Shown here: positions 50,730-62,152 of the stretch, one piece after another
Numbering within the stretch: position 1 is the first letter of the stretch
Layout: every line of letters begins with the position of its first letter
Origin: Ginglymostoma cirratum
Lineage: Eukaryota
DNA length: 64,000 nt
Direction: 5' to 3'
Assembly: GCA_024137785.1 (NCBI GenBank)
Contig: JAHRHZ010000043.1
Coordinates: 27,041,729 to 27,105,728 of the forward strand
Notes under the pieces: model-generated
Seen by the model: the letters and a program-made list of their open reading frames with translations, nothing else
Told to the model about the DNA's origin: nothing
The model's database searches: none
Position numbers and translations under genes: made by a program

Positions 50730-51115
50730 AGAGCCTCAGGATTCAGCATTGAGTTCAACAAGTTCAGAGCATGAACTCTGTTCTCCATTTTAATCATACC
50801 CTCTTCCAACTTCCCCACCCCCTCCCCTCTCTGTGTCTCTCCAACAGATTTGACCCATTTCCTACTATTCATACCTGTCATTACTACTTATTTTACATCT
50901 AGAGCACTCCTTGAAAACCCCCTTTGTCTTGCTCCAGGTACACTTACCATCTGTCTCACTCCCTCCTTCTCCCTGTCTGTCAACAGTATAAAAATCATCA
51001 TTTTCCAGTCCTTTTCAGTTCCAAGGAAGAGATATTGAACTTGAAACATTAGTTGTGTTTCTGTCTCCACAGATGCTGCCAGATCTGCTGAATTTCCCCA
51101 ACTCTTTCATCTTTT
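50730..51115 (+). mobile_element. PLE 3' fragment inserted in a decayed CR1/L2-group LINE (about 50330-51420)
   Basis: GCCTCAGGATTCAGCATTGAGTTCAACAAG...TTGAAACATTAG...CCACAGATGCTGCCAGATCTGCTGA; same tail as 29821-29890. Confidence 0.6.
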
Positions 51116-52167
51116 ATTCCTTCCAAATTTTTGATTCTACTCTCGAAACAAAGAACAACAGGTGAATGGGAACATTGCCATTTGGAAGTTCCCCTCCAAA
51201 TCATAAATCATCCTGACATAAAAATAGATTACAACTCCTTTGCTGTCACTGAGTCCAGATTCTGGAATTTCTTCTCTGATAGCACTGGGCTATAGCTACA
51301 CAATGTGGGCTGTCAGCTCCAAAGAATGCTGCTCCTCATCACCTTCTTGAGGGTAATTAGGGCTGATCAATAAATTTTGGCTTTGCCTGTGATACCCACA
51401 TTGCATAAAACAATAAAACAAGCTTCTGATCTACTTCAGACCATCATGACCTGCGAAGAAAACCAACAGCCTTGGTTTACCATATCATCTGAAAGCCAAC
51501 AACTTGAACAATGGAGCATTCCTTCAAAACTGCACAAATCTGTCATCTTAGATTTGTGCTGAAGATTCTCATTTGAGATTGAAGGCACATCCTTCTAATT
51601 TTGAGGCATCAATGTCACTATTCAACCAAGGATAACACTTAAATACTTACTATAAATGTTATAATACATTAATCAACTAACCTAGTTCCTATAGACTGGC
51701 ACTGCAACTATTAGCATTGACATCTATGCACACTATGGTGAAGAACACAACAGAACATAGAATGAGAAAAAAACATTCAATTATCAGTCCAGTTTCTTCC
51801 ACTGTTCATGTGCAATCTACCTGACCATGGCATCTACCCATCCATTTCATCTCCTTCCACATCCCAGCTTTAATGTACACTTATTTGCTTTGTGTCAAAG
51901 CTAATTTTCAATGAGTCAGTGTTCTGGCCACTAAGTAAATACTGTACTCTAGCCGAGTATTCCCTACCTGTCATCCCCATTGGAAACAAACTACTGCATG
52001 AAGAAAGCAACCTGAATAATCCCACTTTCCAGAATAGGTGCAGTCTCTTCCTCCAATATCTCCAATTCAGAGATGGATTCTCCTCCTTACCTCCAAGTGT
52101 TTTTAATGATATTTTCACGGTCTGGAAGCCCTATTTAGTAGTGTGTTTCAGTCTCAATGCTGTATTT

Positions 52168-52490
52168 GGGCAGCACAGTGGCTCAATAGTTAGCACTGCT
52201 GCCTCATAATGCCAGGGAACAGGGATTGATTCCAGCCTCTGGTTACTGTCAGTGTGGAGTTTGCACATTCTCCCTGTGCCTGTGTGGGCTTCCTTTGGGT
52301 GCTCTGGTTTTGCTCCCAAAGTCCGAAGATGTGCAGGTTAGTTGGATTGACCATGCTAAATTGCATATAATGTCCAGGAATGTGCAGGCGACGTGGGTTG
52401 GCCATGGGAAATGCAGGGCTACAGGGATAGGGTGAGGTGGGTCTGGGTGGGATGCTGTTCAGATGGGTTGGTGTGGACTCAATGGGCCAG
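52168..52490 (+). mobile_element. HE1-like V-SINE, nearly complete
   Basis: tRNA-like head GGGCAGCACAGTGGCTCAATAGTTAGCACTGCTGCCTC, V-domain GTGTGGAGTTTGCACATTCTCCC...GATGTGCAGGTTAG, CR1-type tail. Confidence 0.85.
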
Positions 52491-53592
52491 TTGATTTTTT
52501 AAAAAAAAAACAAAGATCTGGGGTTGCCTGCTTGATGGCTTGTAGTACGGCCGTCAAATACCTTTAGTAGAGAGACAGAGGGGAGCAGTTTCTCCCTTGG
52601 TGTCCCTGGTACCTGACGAGGAAGTAACGGGCCCGACTCTTTCGCTCAGCGCAACTTCAAAGAAGAAAGTGAACAGATCAAATATTCCTTCTCATCCACT
52701 TTTAAACTGGAGAGGTATTACAAAGAGACCAGCGCAGAAGCTGGAAGTGTGAAATAGCCGAATAGTCTGACAATGTTCAGCAGGTCTGACAGCCCCAAGG
52801 GAGAGAGTAAATCTTTGCGATTGACGACCATTTCGCGAAAATTCCAGTTCAAGGTCAGCAACTTGAAACCTCATCTCTGTTATTCTCTGCACGGATGCTG
52901 CCTGATGTGTTCCCAGCAATTTTTTTTGTTACATTTTAGACAAGGCAGACCTATTTTCGGGAAGGATTTCTGCAATGTTGGTTTTCCCAGGTGACTGAGC
53001 ACCCTGTGGTGTATTGCTATTTCCAATTAATTTTTAATCAACACCGAGGAAGCGATTAGATTCCAATCCATGATTTCACCCGAGGGCCCTGTGCTATCTG
53101 AGCCTTCTTGCTGCTATTTGAATTGCCAATAAATGCTTTTCAAATGGATTTATTCCCCTCGGCTAATGGGAACTAAATATTGTGCAAAACGGCTAATACA
53201 GTCTGTGTATCTGACAAACATTCCAGTCCCACCTCACACAGGCTCGCCACCCTATTTGCTGGGAAATAAATAACAGGACGGTTCCTTATCATTAGGACAA
53301 ATCATTTGAAGGGACACAGCCCATGCACCGTCCAGGCTGTAAGATGATGGATAAAAAAGGACACTGTGAGTGCGACAGGCTTAACAAACCTATAGAAGCA
53401 CAGACCTTTCCAGTAAACAAAGAGGCCATTCACCTTTCTTGTCTGTTCCAACCCTGAGCTAGAGTAATCCAAACCGAGGCGCACTTTCCCCATTGATCCC
53501 CTTCCATAGGAATATTCCCAAGGCACATGCTTCCAATATTAATTCGCCCACTGTCTATCTATATTACCCTGCGTTTGTCTTTCCTTCCCCTG

Positions 53593-54051
53593 TTTAAATA
53601 CCGTACGCCCCTCTCTCCTTTGATCTTTCTGTGAGTTGCGGAGTTTTCACAGTCCGGGAGTTCTCCAATGAATGAGTTGCAGTAGGATAGTGTCGAGTTG
53701 GAAGCAGTAAAGACTGGCGATGAGGGACTGGGCAGCGATGTTTGTAGTTTGAGTGAGAGGCGTTCAGTTGCTGTTTCTTCAGTACAGAGCTCAGACTCCA
53801 GCCCGGGACGGTCTTGGTGATTTGGAGGGTGGATCAGCCGGTGGATACTCTGGGGCTTTGTGAATGTAGCAGGGGCCTCTGTGTCCAGGGTGACGGCTTC
53901 AGATTTCAGCCGCTCACGGAGTAGATCTCGGAGCCCTGGCCGGCTCTGGCAGGGGCAGTTGGAGGCAGAACCGCCGGGGAACCGTCAGGGTTTTTACCAG
54001 CTACGTCCCCCGACCCGCCAAACCCTCTCCCAACTCCCCTCTCAGGAATGG
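53593..54051 (+). promoter_or_regulatory. Putative GRIN3B promoter and non-coding first exon in a CpG-rich region
   Basis: TATA-like TTTAAATA at 53593-53600; CpG enrichment about 53500-56600; strong donor G|GTAAGC after 54051. Confidence 0.4.
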
Positions 54052-54279
54052 GTAAGCTGTACTGGAGCCCAGTGGATCACACCCAGCTTTGGAAATCATG
54101 CAAGGTGCCGCTGACTCCGGAATCGGGGAACCCCTCACTCTGCTGAGATTAATACCGCCAACCACCCAGAGCAACACTAGCTTCCTCCACCCCACTGGGG
54201 AAAGGAGGCAGGAAACTGTGGACTCAGGAATCAATGTTAAAGATCCCTTCACCCCAGTGTAATACCACAGGACATTAAA

Positions 54280-54650
54280 TCTCTCTCTATCTCATTTCTA
54301 CATTCTGTCTCTCTGTTGCAATTTTGCAACCTCAGATCCTTCCTTCCTCCAATTGTTTGATCTATTTGGTTCCACCTTTAGATTTATAGATCTTCCCTGA
54401 ATTTGTTTTTCTTCATTCTCTTATATTCTTCCATATTCTCTTTCATACCTTCTCTCTTTCTTTCTCTACCTCCTCTCTCCATTTTCTCTCTATCTACCTT
54501 CTCTCACTCGACCTTCTCTTTCTCTTAACCTTCTGTCTCTCTCTACCTTCTCTCTCGACCTTCTCTCTCAACCTTCTCGCTCCATCTACCTTTTCTGCCT
54601 GCTTTCTCTCTCTCCATTTACTTTCTCTCTCTTCGCCCAGTCCTTCCCAG
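54280..54650 (+). repeat. CT-rich polypyrimidine tract ending in candidate acceptors
   Basis: Low-complexity (CT)-rich run ending CTTCGCCCAG (54640) and TCCTTCCCAG (54650). Confidence 0.7.
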
Positions 54651-54845
54651 ATCAGCAGAGAGTTGAGAACCCGACGGGGGCTGCAGATTTTGACCTCAGT
54701 GCCTTCTTTCGGTGCCGTTCCGAGCCCGGTGACCAGCTCCAAGCTGCCCCCAGCCAATGAGAGTGTTAAGTTGCGGCACTGAGCTGGCGCGGAGCCGGGG
54801 CTTCCTACACATTGCTGCCCCACAGCCTCAGCTCACACACTGGCC

Positions 54846-55274
54846 ATGGAGTGCAGACAGCGCCTCTGGACCCTGCTCGGCTTCCTGCACGCTGTCCTCA
54901 GTCTGTGCCATTCTCACCCACAGCCGTGCCATATCCTGAACCGGATCGGACACACCGTGAGCCTGGGCACTGTGCTGCCCTCCCCCCGGAGAGCCCTCCT
55001 GCAACAAGCGCTGCTCGAAGGAGTGGAGGCGGCCTTAAGGGGCAACCTCCTACCCTACAACCTGAGCCTAGAGATGGTCAGCAGTCAGGGCTGGCAGCCC
55101 GACCCGCAGTCCCTCCTGCAATCCATCTGTCAGTCTGTCGTGGTCCGGGGAGTCGCGGCCGTTCTGGCATTCCCACAGTCTGCCGACCAACTGGTGCAGA
55201 TGGATTTTTTAGCATCTTTCCTGGAGATCCCTTTCATCAGTATCATGGAGCAAGGAGAGGGGCTGGCCACTGAG
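54846..55274 (+). CDS. GRIN3B: Glutamate receptor ionotropic NMDA 3B (GluN3B), first coding exon: signal peptide and start of amino-terminal domain
   Basis: Strong Kozak GCCATGG; hydrophobic signal peptide then HPQPCHILNRIGHTVSLG, LLPYNLSLE, DPQSLLQSICQSVVVRGVAAVLAFPQS, MDFLASFLEIPFISI (GluN3 motifs); 143 codons to phase-0 donor GAG|GTAGGT; 3B rather than 3A is inferred from the short exon and WDR18 adjacency. Confidence 0.88.
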
Positions 55275-55354
55275 GTAGGTGGCAAAGCAAGTTATCCAAC
55301 TTCTGTTAGCGTTAGAATTGGAAATTCCGCTCTTCCTTTCAACTTGGCGCAAGG

Positions 55355-55864
55355 AGGTGTGTATGGTGGAGTGGTTTATTGTGGAGTGATGTATAGCGGA
55401 GTAGTGTAGAGTGGTAGATTGTGGACTGGCATATCGAGGACCGGAGTCGAGTGGTATCTAGCGGAGTGGTGTATTTTGGAGTAGCGTGTTGTGGGAATGG
55501 AATGGTTAATTGTGGAGTGGAGTGATTTGTAACATCATGTGGAGTGAAATGTTTTTTGCTGATGGAGTGATGTATTGTAGAGTATCGTGGAGTGGACTGG
55601 TGTGGACTGGAGTGTTGTGTCTTGTGGAATGGAGACGTGTATCATGGTATATTGTGGAGTAGAATGGTGTACAGTGGTGTGTTGTGGAGTGGTGTACAGT
55701 GGTGTGTTGTGNNNNNNNNNNTGGAGTGGTGTACAGTGATGTGTTGTGGAGTGGAGTGGTGTACAGTGATGTGGAGTGGAGTGGAGTGGTGTACAGTGGT
55801 GTGTTGTGGAGTGGAGTGGTGTACAGTGATGTGGAGTGGTGTAACGTGGTGTGTTGTGGAGTGG
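55355..55864. repeat. (GTGGA/GTGGT/GTGTA)n satellite containing an assembly gap at 55712-55721
   Basis: Pentamer-based repeat with higher-order unit TGGAGTGGTGTACAGTG(A/G)TGTG; 10 N. Confidence 0.9.
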
Positions 55865-56857
55865 ATCCCAGTCTCTCAGAGCAGCTTAGAATCGAAGCAG
55901 ACTCCGAAAAAGAGAGAGCTTCACTCGGGTTCCCCTCTTGGACTCTCCCCGGGGTTAAATCCGGAGCTTTCTCCTGTACATGGCAGAGCTTCAGTGAAAA
56001 ACTGGATGGTTCTTAATCCACAAATCATTTCCTTCCTGGACAACCTGTCAATTTGAAAGCAGGTGATTTAAACCTGGGAGCGCTGCAGTCCGGAGGCGCG
56101 CTCACTGTGAACCATCCTGAGATCCAGATTAACCGGTCACATCGGAAATCAGCTTCGGTTCGACAGAGCGCGACCACAAGGGTGATCATTCACTTCAATA
56201 CAGATAAGACATTCCGTTCCGTATTGGGCACAATATTGGGTACTGTATTGTACCCTCTGTACAATGTCAATGAGAGATTTTTAAACTGAACTCTGCATCT
56301 GTCTCGGCAGGATTGAATTGCGCTGTTTAAAAGTATTCCTTTTTAGAACTAAAATGACCGCCAGTGAACTGATTAGCTGGTGCCGATCACAGTGAGCCAG
56401 AGTAACCTGGTGAGACTTCACCCTGCAGCTGACTGAGAGAGCAGCCGAGCGACCCCTTCGCCCGGTCCTGCGATCTCTAATGATCCCTAATGGACAGACT
56501 GGAACTCACGTCGCTGCCTAACCGTGGGCGGAGGAACGCAGTATATTCTCCAAATGCCTAACCCCGAGAGAGACAGACAGTTGGGAGTTGTGAGGCCCTG
56601 AACGGAAAGAACATGGTTACCACTGTTAAAAAAAAGGGTTCTGTTGTCATTGACCAAAACTCGAACGTGGGATGGTTCGTTTTATTTTAGCATTGTAAGT
56701 GTAATTTACAACGTAAAACTTGCACATGTTTAAAATGTCATCTATTCCATTAGCTCAATGGGTAAATATACCACCCGGTGTGATATTCAGTCAAGAAGGT
56801 GTGGAATTTACATCAGAGTCAGTGCTTTGATCTCAGACCCTCCAGGGGTATGAGGTG

Positions 56858-57180
56858 AACATAAGAACCAGGAGCAGGAGCAGGCCACCTGGCCCTTGGA
56901 GCCTGCTCCGCCATTCAGTCTGTGGCTGATCTTTTCGTAGCCTCAGTTTCACTTACCCACCCTCTCAGGGCAACCCTTAATTCCTTTACTTTTCAAGAAA
57001 TTATCTATCTTAGTTTTAAAAACATTCAATGAGGAAGCCTCAACTACTTCAATGGGCAGGGAATTCCACAGATTCACAACCCTTTGGGTGAAGAAGTTCC
57101 TCCTCAATTCAGTCTAAATCTGGTCCCCCTAATTTTGATGCTATGCCCTCTTGTCTACTTTCACCCACCAGTAGAAACAT
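56858..57180 (-). mobile_element. CR1 3' end fragment in GRIN3B intron 1
   Basis: GAACATAAGAACCAGGAGCAGGAG...GAATTCCACAGATTCACAACCCTTTGGGTGAAGAAG is the reverse complement of a CR1 tail. Confidence 0.8.
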
Positions 57181-57229
57181 CTCCTAATTAAAGATTAACT
57201 ATTTGAACAACTACTACAATAACCAGGTC

Positions 57230-57950
57230 CTTTCTCCAACAAGAGAGCTCAACCACTTCTCCTGTACCTTCAATGTAATTGCCATCTCTCAGACTAGTGT
57301 CCCATCATCTCCCTGTTTATCTTTGTACACATTGGACACAGCGCCATTTTCTTTCTTGCCCAGTACCATGATCAGCATGTCCAGTCCCTGCTGGATTGCT
57401 ACATGGCTCTGACCATACTGCCTTATAAAGAACACTCCTGACTCAGAAACTCAAGAATGGCCATGCAATGGCTACAAGCAGTAGGTCAGAGATTTCCTAT
57501 TCTTTGGCAAGCAATGCCCAATGTCTATCCCTAATCTACAAAGCATAGGGGCAGGAATGGGAGAGAATATACTACCCTTGCCTGGACAATTCAGCTCCAA
57601 CAGCTAAGTATTGTCTGAGACAAAGCAGCCCACTTGATTGGCATGCCATCAGCTGGCTTAAACATCCACTTCCTCCACCATCCATCTACTGTGATTACAG
57701 TGTGTACCATCTACAGGGCACATTGCAGCATAACTTTTTCAGTTAATCACTGGGCCATGGGTAACAGGTATATAGGAACATCAGCTCCTCCAGGATCCCC
57801 TCCAAGACAGGAGCCTAGAGCTCCCATCTTAATTCTGTAGGAACACTTTAACTGTCCAAACAGATAACAGCGGCCCACCACCACCTCAGGTATTCGCGGA
57901 ATGGAGGAAAATGCAGGGGGTGCTAATGATGTCTCGCACCCTGAAAATGT
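57230..57950 (+). mobile_element. Decayed CR1/L2-group LINE 3' part
   Basis: Similar to 26733-27250 (ATCTACAAAGCA, CAGCTCCAACA, AAAGCAGCCCACTTGATTGGCA, CATCCACTTCCTCCACCA). Confidence 0.6.
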
Positions 57951-60536
57951 AAAAGTGGCCACACCCTCATGACAGTCAGCACCTTGAGTAGAGAAATGTA
58001 GAGAAGACGTGCTTTATGACTGTCAGTCTATGTGGCTGGAGATGTGGCATTATTTACCTCCAACTTCCTTTGCTCCTTTCCTGGAATGAGTGTTAGCTGC
58101 CGACTTGGCCTTGGGAAGGTTGTAGCTGATCCTGATCTTCTGTCGTGTAGTTCACAGTTTCCAGCAGAGGCTAACGTGTTGTAGGCTTACCCCTAAGGTG
58201 ATAATGGCTGACAGCATTGAGCAGATCATCATTTTTGTTACACTGCTGTCTTAACATCAATAGGAGTCACTAGTGTGCTGTAACTAGGTAGTATTTGGTA
58301 CAAAGTGGAATGCACTGCATTATTTTTGGTGATAAAACAAAGCAGCAGTAATATGGCTTTGGGTGAGTGATGAATGACTGGTGCGTTTAGTTTAAATGCC
58401 GTATGCTTCAGCATTTCACTTGCTAATTACTAAGATGCCCTTTGGCATAGTTCCTGGTGCAGTCCTGGGACAATGCCAAATAGTGTCATCATTGCAGTTG
58501 TACGGAACGAACCGGGACTATATCAGTTAGTACTGTAATCATTCTGTGCGGCGGTCATATTTTATTTTTGACTGACTGCAGTCCACTGAGACATAGTATG
58601 GCATGAGTGGCTTATACCATCCTGTGTTCATGGGCAATGAACACCCCAACCAGCACTTGAATATGTTGGAATCTGCTTTCAGGATGAGCCTTAAGCAAAT
58701 GCAGTAGCCTACTTTTCCTTCATGCACTATAATCCCCTGACCCTCAGGTGTACAGGCAGTGTACCACCCAAACATCTATCATTCTTGTGTGAAATTAAAT
58801 AGTGTGTACTGCTGGGTGTTCCATTAATGGAGAGTACCACAACTGAACTCTGTTCTGCTCTTACCCAATACGCCCTCCATCCGAAGTAACTGAATAATAA
58901 TTAGCTAAAAGAATCAATAGGGTTGAACTTAATTATAACATCGATGCTCATACTTACAGATCATAAAAAATATGCTCAACATGATTATGATAAATTCGTT
59001 ATAACTGGAATTAACTTTAGAGCTGAATGACTGCATTGCAAAGATTAAAATCACTATCAAAGAAAGTTCACATCTGATCAAAATCCAGTTCTGTTCAATG
59101 CAACTTAAGCACAATGTTGACAGGTTCTCAATTACCATGCTGCTCTTATTAAAGCTGCCTGATTGTGACAAATAACATTTTGTTGCCCTTTGTTTTGTGT
59201 GAAGATTCACTGCGCCACATTATTTTACCACCTGAAACCAGCTGATGAAATGTACTATGCAAGGTGATCCCAAGTTCGACCCTCAATCAGTGGTGAGTTT
59301 AGTATATCTAAACTGATGCTGATGCACTAAAGTTGACAGCACCTAAACTATGGACAGAAAATCAGCCAACATTTCTTCTTGTAAGTTCTCGTTGAGTGAA
59401 TTGTGCTGCAGATTCATGTGTTACTGGGCATGGACGAGATTAAACTTACTAGTGATATCCATCATGCTCTCCAAACTCAAAGATGAAGAAGAATGGGCAA
59501 GAAACAAGCCTTAGTGGGGTGTCCTTTGAAATGTTACCCCACAAGGTCAGAAGAGTTGGGAAAAAGGACATTCCTAACTGGAAATTCTGGGCTTTCTCAG
59601 ATAGCCTTCTGAAATTGACAATAGGATGCCTTTTAACTAGGCTTCCCTTTGGATTGATTGCTTGGCTATCTCCTCTCAGACCACATCTAAACATTTCTTA
59701 TCTCAATTCAAAAATTAAGTTCCCAGATTATTCCTGTTTTAATCCTGGACTGTGGCCAGATCACAAAGACTAACAAGATTTCAGATTTTCATTGCAGAAA
59801 TAAACATTAATGTAGCATTAATAAAAAAAAGCTAGTCAAACCTTAATCCTGCACATGTTTGAAACAAATAAAGATAAAAGTTTAATCAATTTTTTTTCAA
59901 AACTTGAAATATCTGCTCATTTTTTTGTTCTGATTTCCTTTCTGTTTCACCCCTCTGCTTTTTCTTTCCTCTTACGTAACTGACCTATCTTTCAAAAAAT
60001 ATTTTTAGGGTTGTAAATGTACAACTTTGTTAATTTCTGCCTCACTGTCTAAACAAAAAGTATCATTGTTCAGAGTGTACACAGTTTTGCATCTGTCTGT
60101 TAACCTTTTGTGATTGAATAGTTGATTGTTGCAGGCAGAATGGTGGTATTTCAGAGGATGTTCGATGCTATTAGAAACTGTACCTTTAGTGTCTTTAGGA
60201 AAGTGTGGGGTGGAGGAGAGGCGGTGGTGGTTGGGGGTAGTTAACTTTGTCATTATTCTTAATTCCTCAATGAAATAAAGAAGTTCTATCTGTAGAATAG
60301 TTATGGATTAGAAGAAGTTTATCTGTGAAGTCAGAATTATTATCCTCATCCAGAATTATTGACATTATCACCTGCCTCCAACTTTAAAGAATAGATGCTT
60401 CATTAAAAAATTACCAGATCCAAGAATCCCTCTGTATATGCAGTGGCATACTTAGAACTAAAACTAACTAACATCATCTACTGCAATAGTATAGAGATTT
60501 AAGCAGTCAGGGATATAGCCTACTTTGCCTCCCCAT

Positions 60537-60768
60537 TTAGAATTAAGATGAGGAGAAACTTTTTCACCCAGAGAGTGGTGAGCCTGTAGAATTCTCTGCC
60601 ACTGGTAGCAAGAGGCCATTCAGTTTTCAGGATGGAATCAGATATAGTTCTTAGGGCTAAGGGTAAGGGGATACTGAGTAGGATGATCAGCCATGATCAT
60701 ATTGAATGGTGGTACAGGCTTGAGGTGCTGAATGGCCTCCACCTGCTCCTATTTTCTATGTTTCTATG
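60537..60768 (+). mobile_element. CR1 3' end fragment
   Basis: GATGAGGAGAAACTTTTTCACCCAGAGAGTGGTG...GATCAGCCATGATC...TTTTCTATGTTTCTATG. Confidence 0.8.
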
Positions 60769-62068
60769 CAAATAAATACATTGATTATGCGTTCATTCCA
60801 ACTGGTTAATGTTGATGCTTATGCTCCAACAAGACTCGTCCAATCCATTTTAATCTAACCTTGTCAGGACATTCTATTCCTTTCACCCCTATAAGTTGCC
60901 TGGTATCCCCCTAAACACGTCAATTCTATTTTGATCAGCTGGTCCATGTGGTAATAATGTATCCACAGTGATAAGTGGATCAGGTCCTCAGACTGGTAGG
61001 CGTGAATTGTGTAGTAATTCAAGAGTAGACAGGTAGGTTAGTTGGTAGGTAATTTCTAGTCAGTGTTGAATTAGCTTATCATAGTTACAGGAAAATCAAA
61101 CTGGGCTCCCACTTCTAAACACTATGCAGTGTTTTCTGCTAGGAATGAATGTTAATTGAGGGCAAGATTGAGCTGAAGCATGATGCACTCCGTCATAAAA
61201 CATCTGACTACCTCTCAAAGATTTGGGCAACATTAAAAATGCTTTTCTTGGAACCAGGAGCCTGCATGAATCAGCAGTATGGGAGGGGGAAGGAAGGAAA
61301 CTGTAATGAAAAATTACAGAATTAATGGTGTTAATCAAGTAATGATCCATTTTACATTGGAGCATTGGTTTCGCTCTCCTTGTTTCTGTTTGAATCCTGA
61401 TATCTGCAAGTGCACTGTACAATGTAAGCATATAACTTCTCTTTATTCAAGTTTTTAATTGATTTGCCTTAATAAAACTTGATTTGCTTTCTTTCATTTT
61501 CCTTCTGTTTGCTATATTAAATCACTGCTTTAGAACAGCACAGAGAGATTCTCTGGAATAGCAGTTAGTGCTCCATTGCATACCTGTTTTTTTTAACAGT
61601 TTAAATGAAATGATTTATATCCACTTTGGAAAGACTGCACACAATCCAGAGCTAAGAGAATCATACATATTCTATAAGGCAAGGTGAATGGTATGTACAC
61701 ATCTCAGTCTGTATCTGAGGTGAGGTTTCTTTGTTCCAAGTCAACTGTTTACAGGACTCATGTTCATTAGTCATTTCAAATTCAGTCTTATTTTGGCATT
61801 GCATTCTAAGTCTCAGTTATTTTACAGTGATATGTATTCATTGAGTCCTATCTTGTCTTATGGTGATGTATCCATCAACCTTGCCTTAGGTTTATCCATT
61901 TTTATTATTTCTATTGTGTCCTTTGTGACCTTATGTTGTGTAATTGAGGCTGATGTTCTCTGAGCTTAATTGTAAATACTAAGTGCAGGAAAGATGTAAA
62001 GTTGAAAGCAGTGCATTGGATTTTGAAGACTCCTTCCCCTCGTGCCCTGCAGGTGTACCAGGTTTGTT

Positions 62069-62152
62069 GGGGGGTGAGGAGGGGAGGGGAGTGGGGGGGG
62101 GGGATGCGGGTGGGGGTGCAGGGGAGGCGGTGGGGGTGGGGTGGGGTGTGGT
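62069..62152 (+). repeat. G-rich low-complexity tract (G-quadruplex-capable)
   Basis: More than ten runs of at least three G within about 85 bp. Confidence 0.7.

Noticed and set aside
52168-52240. tRNA gene
   Set aside because: It is the tRNA-derived head of a V-SINE, continuing into the SINE core and LINE tail.
52612-52670. CTGACGA followed by a GAAGT/ACTTC stem, as a possible hammerhead
   Set aside because: No GAAA directly after the stem and no stem I or III pairing.
54850-54865. GACAGCGCC half-site of a REST/NRSE element near the GRIN3B start
   Set aside because: No matching TCAGCACC left half at canonical spacing.
55275-55409. Continuation of the GRIN3B ORF to a stop at 55409 (187 aa product)
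   Set aside because: GluN3 similarity ends at a canonical GAG|GTAGGT donor; the rest is intron read-through into satellite.
55592-56056. Cys/Trp/Val-rich ORFs
   Set aside because: Translations of the GTGGA satellite spanning an N gap.
60420-60455. Possible GRIN3B exon 2 start (AG|AATCCCTCTGTATATGCAG, NPL-like)
   Set aside because: Needs a frameshift, hits a stop within a few codons and has no pyrimidine tract; exon 2 is probably outside the window.
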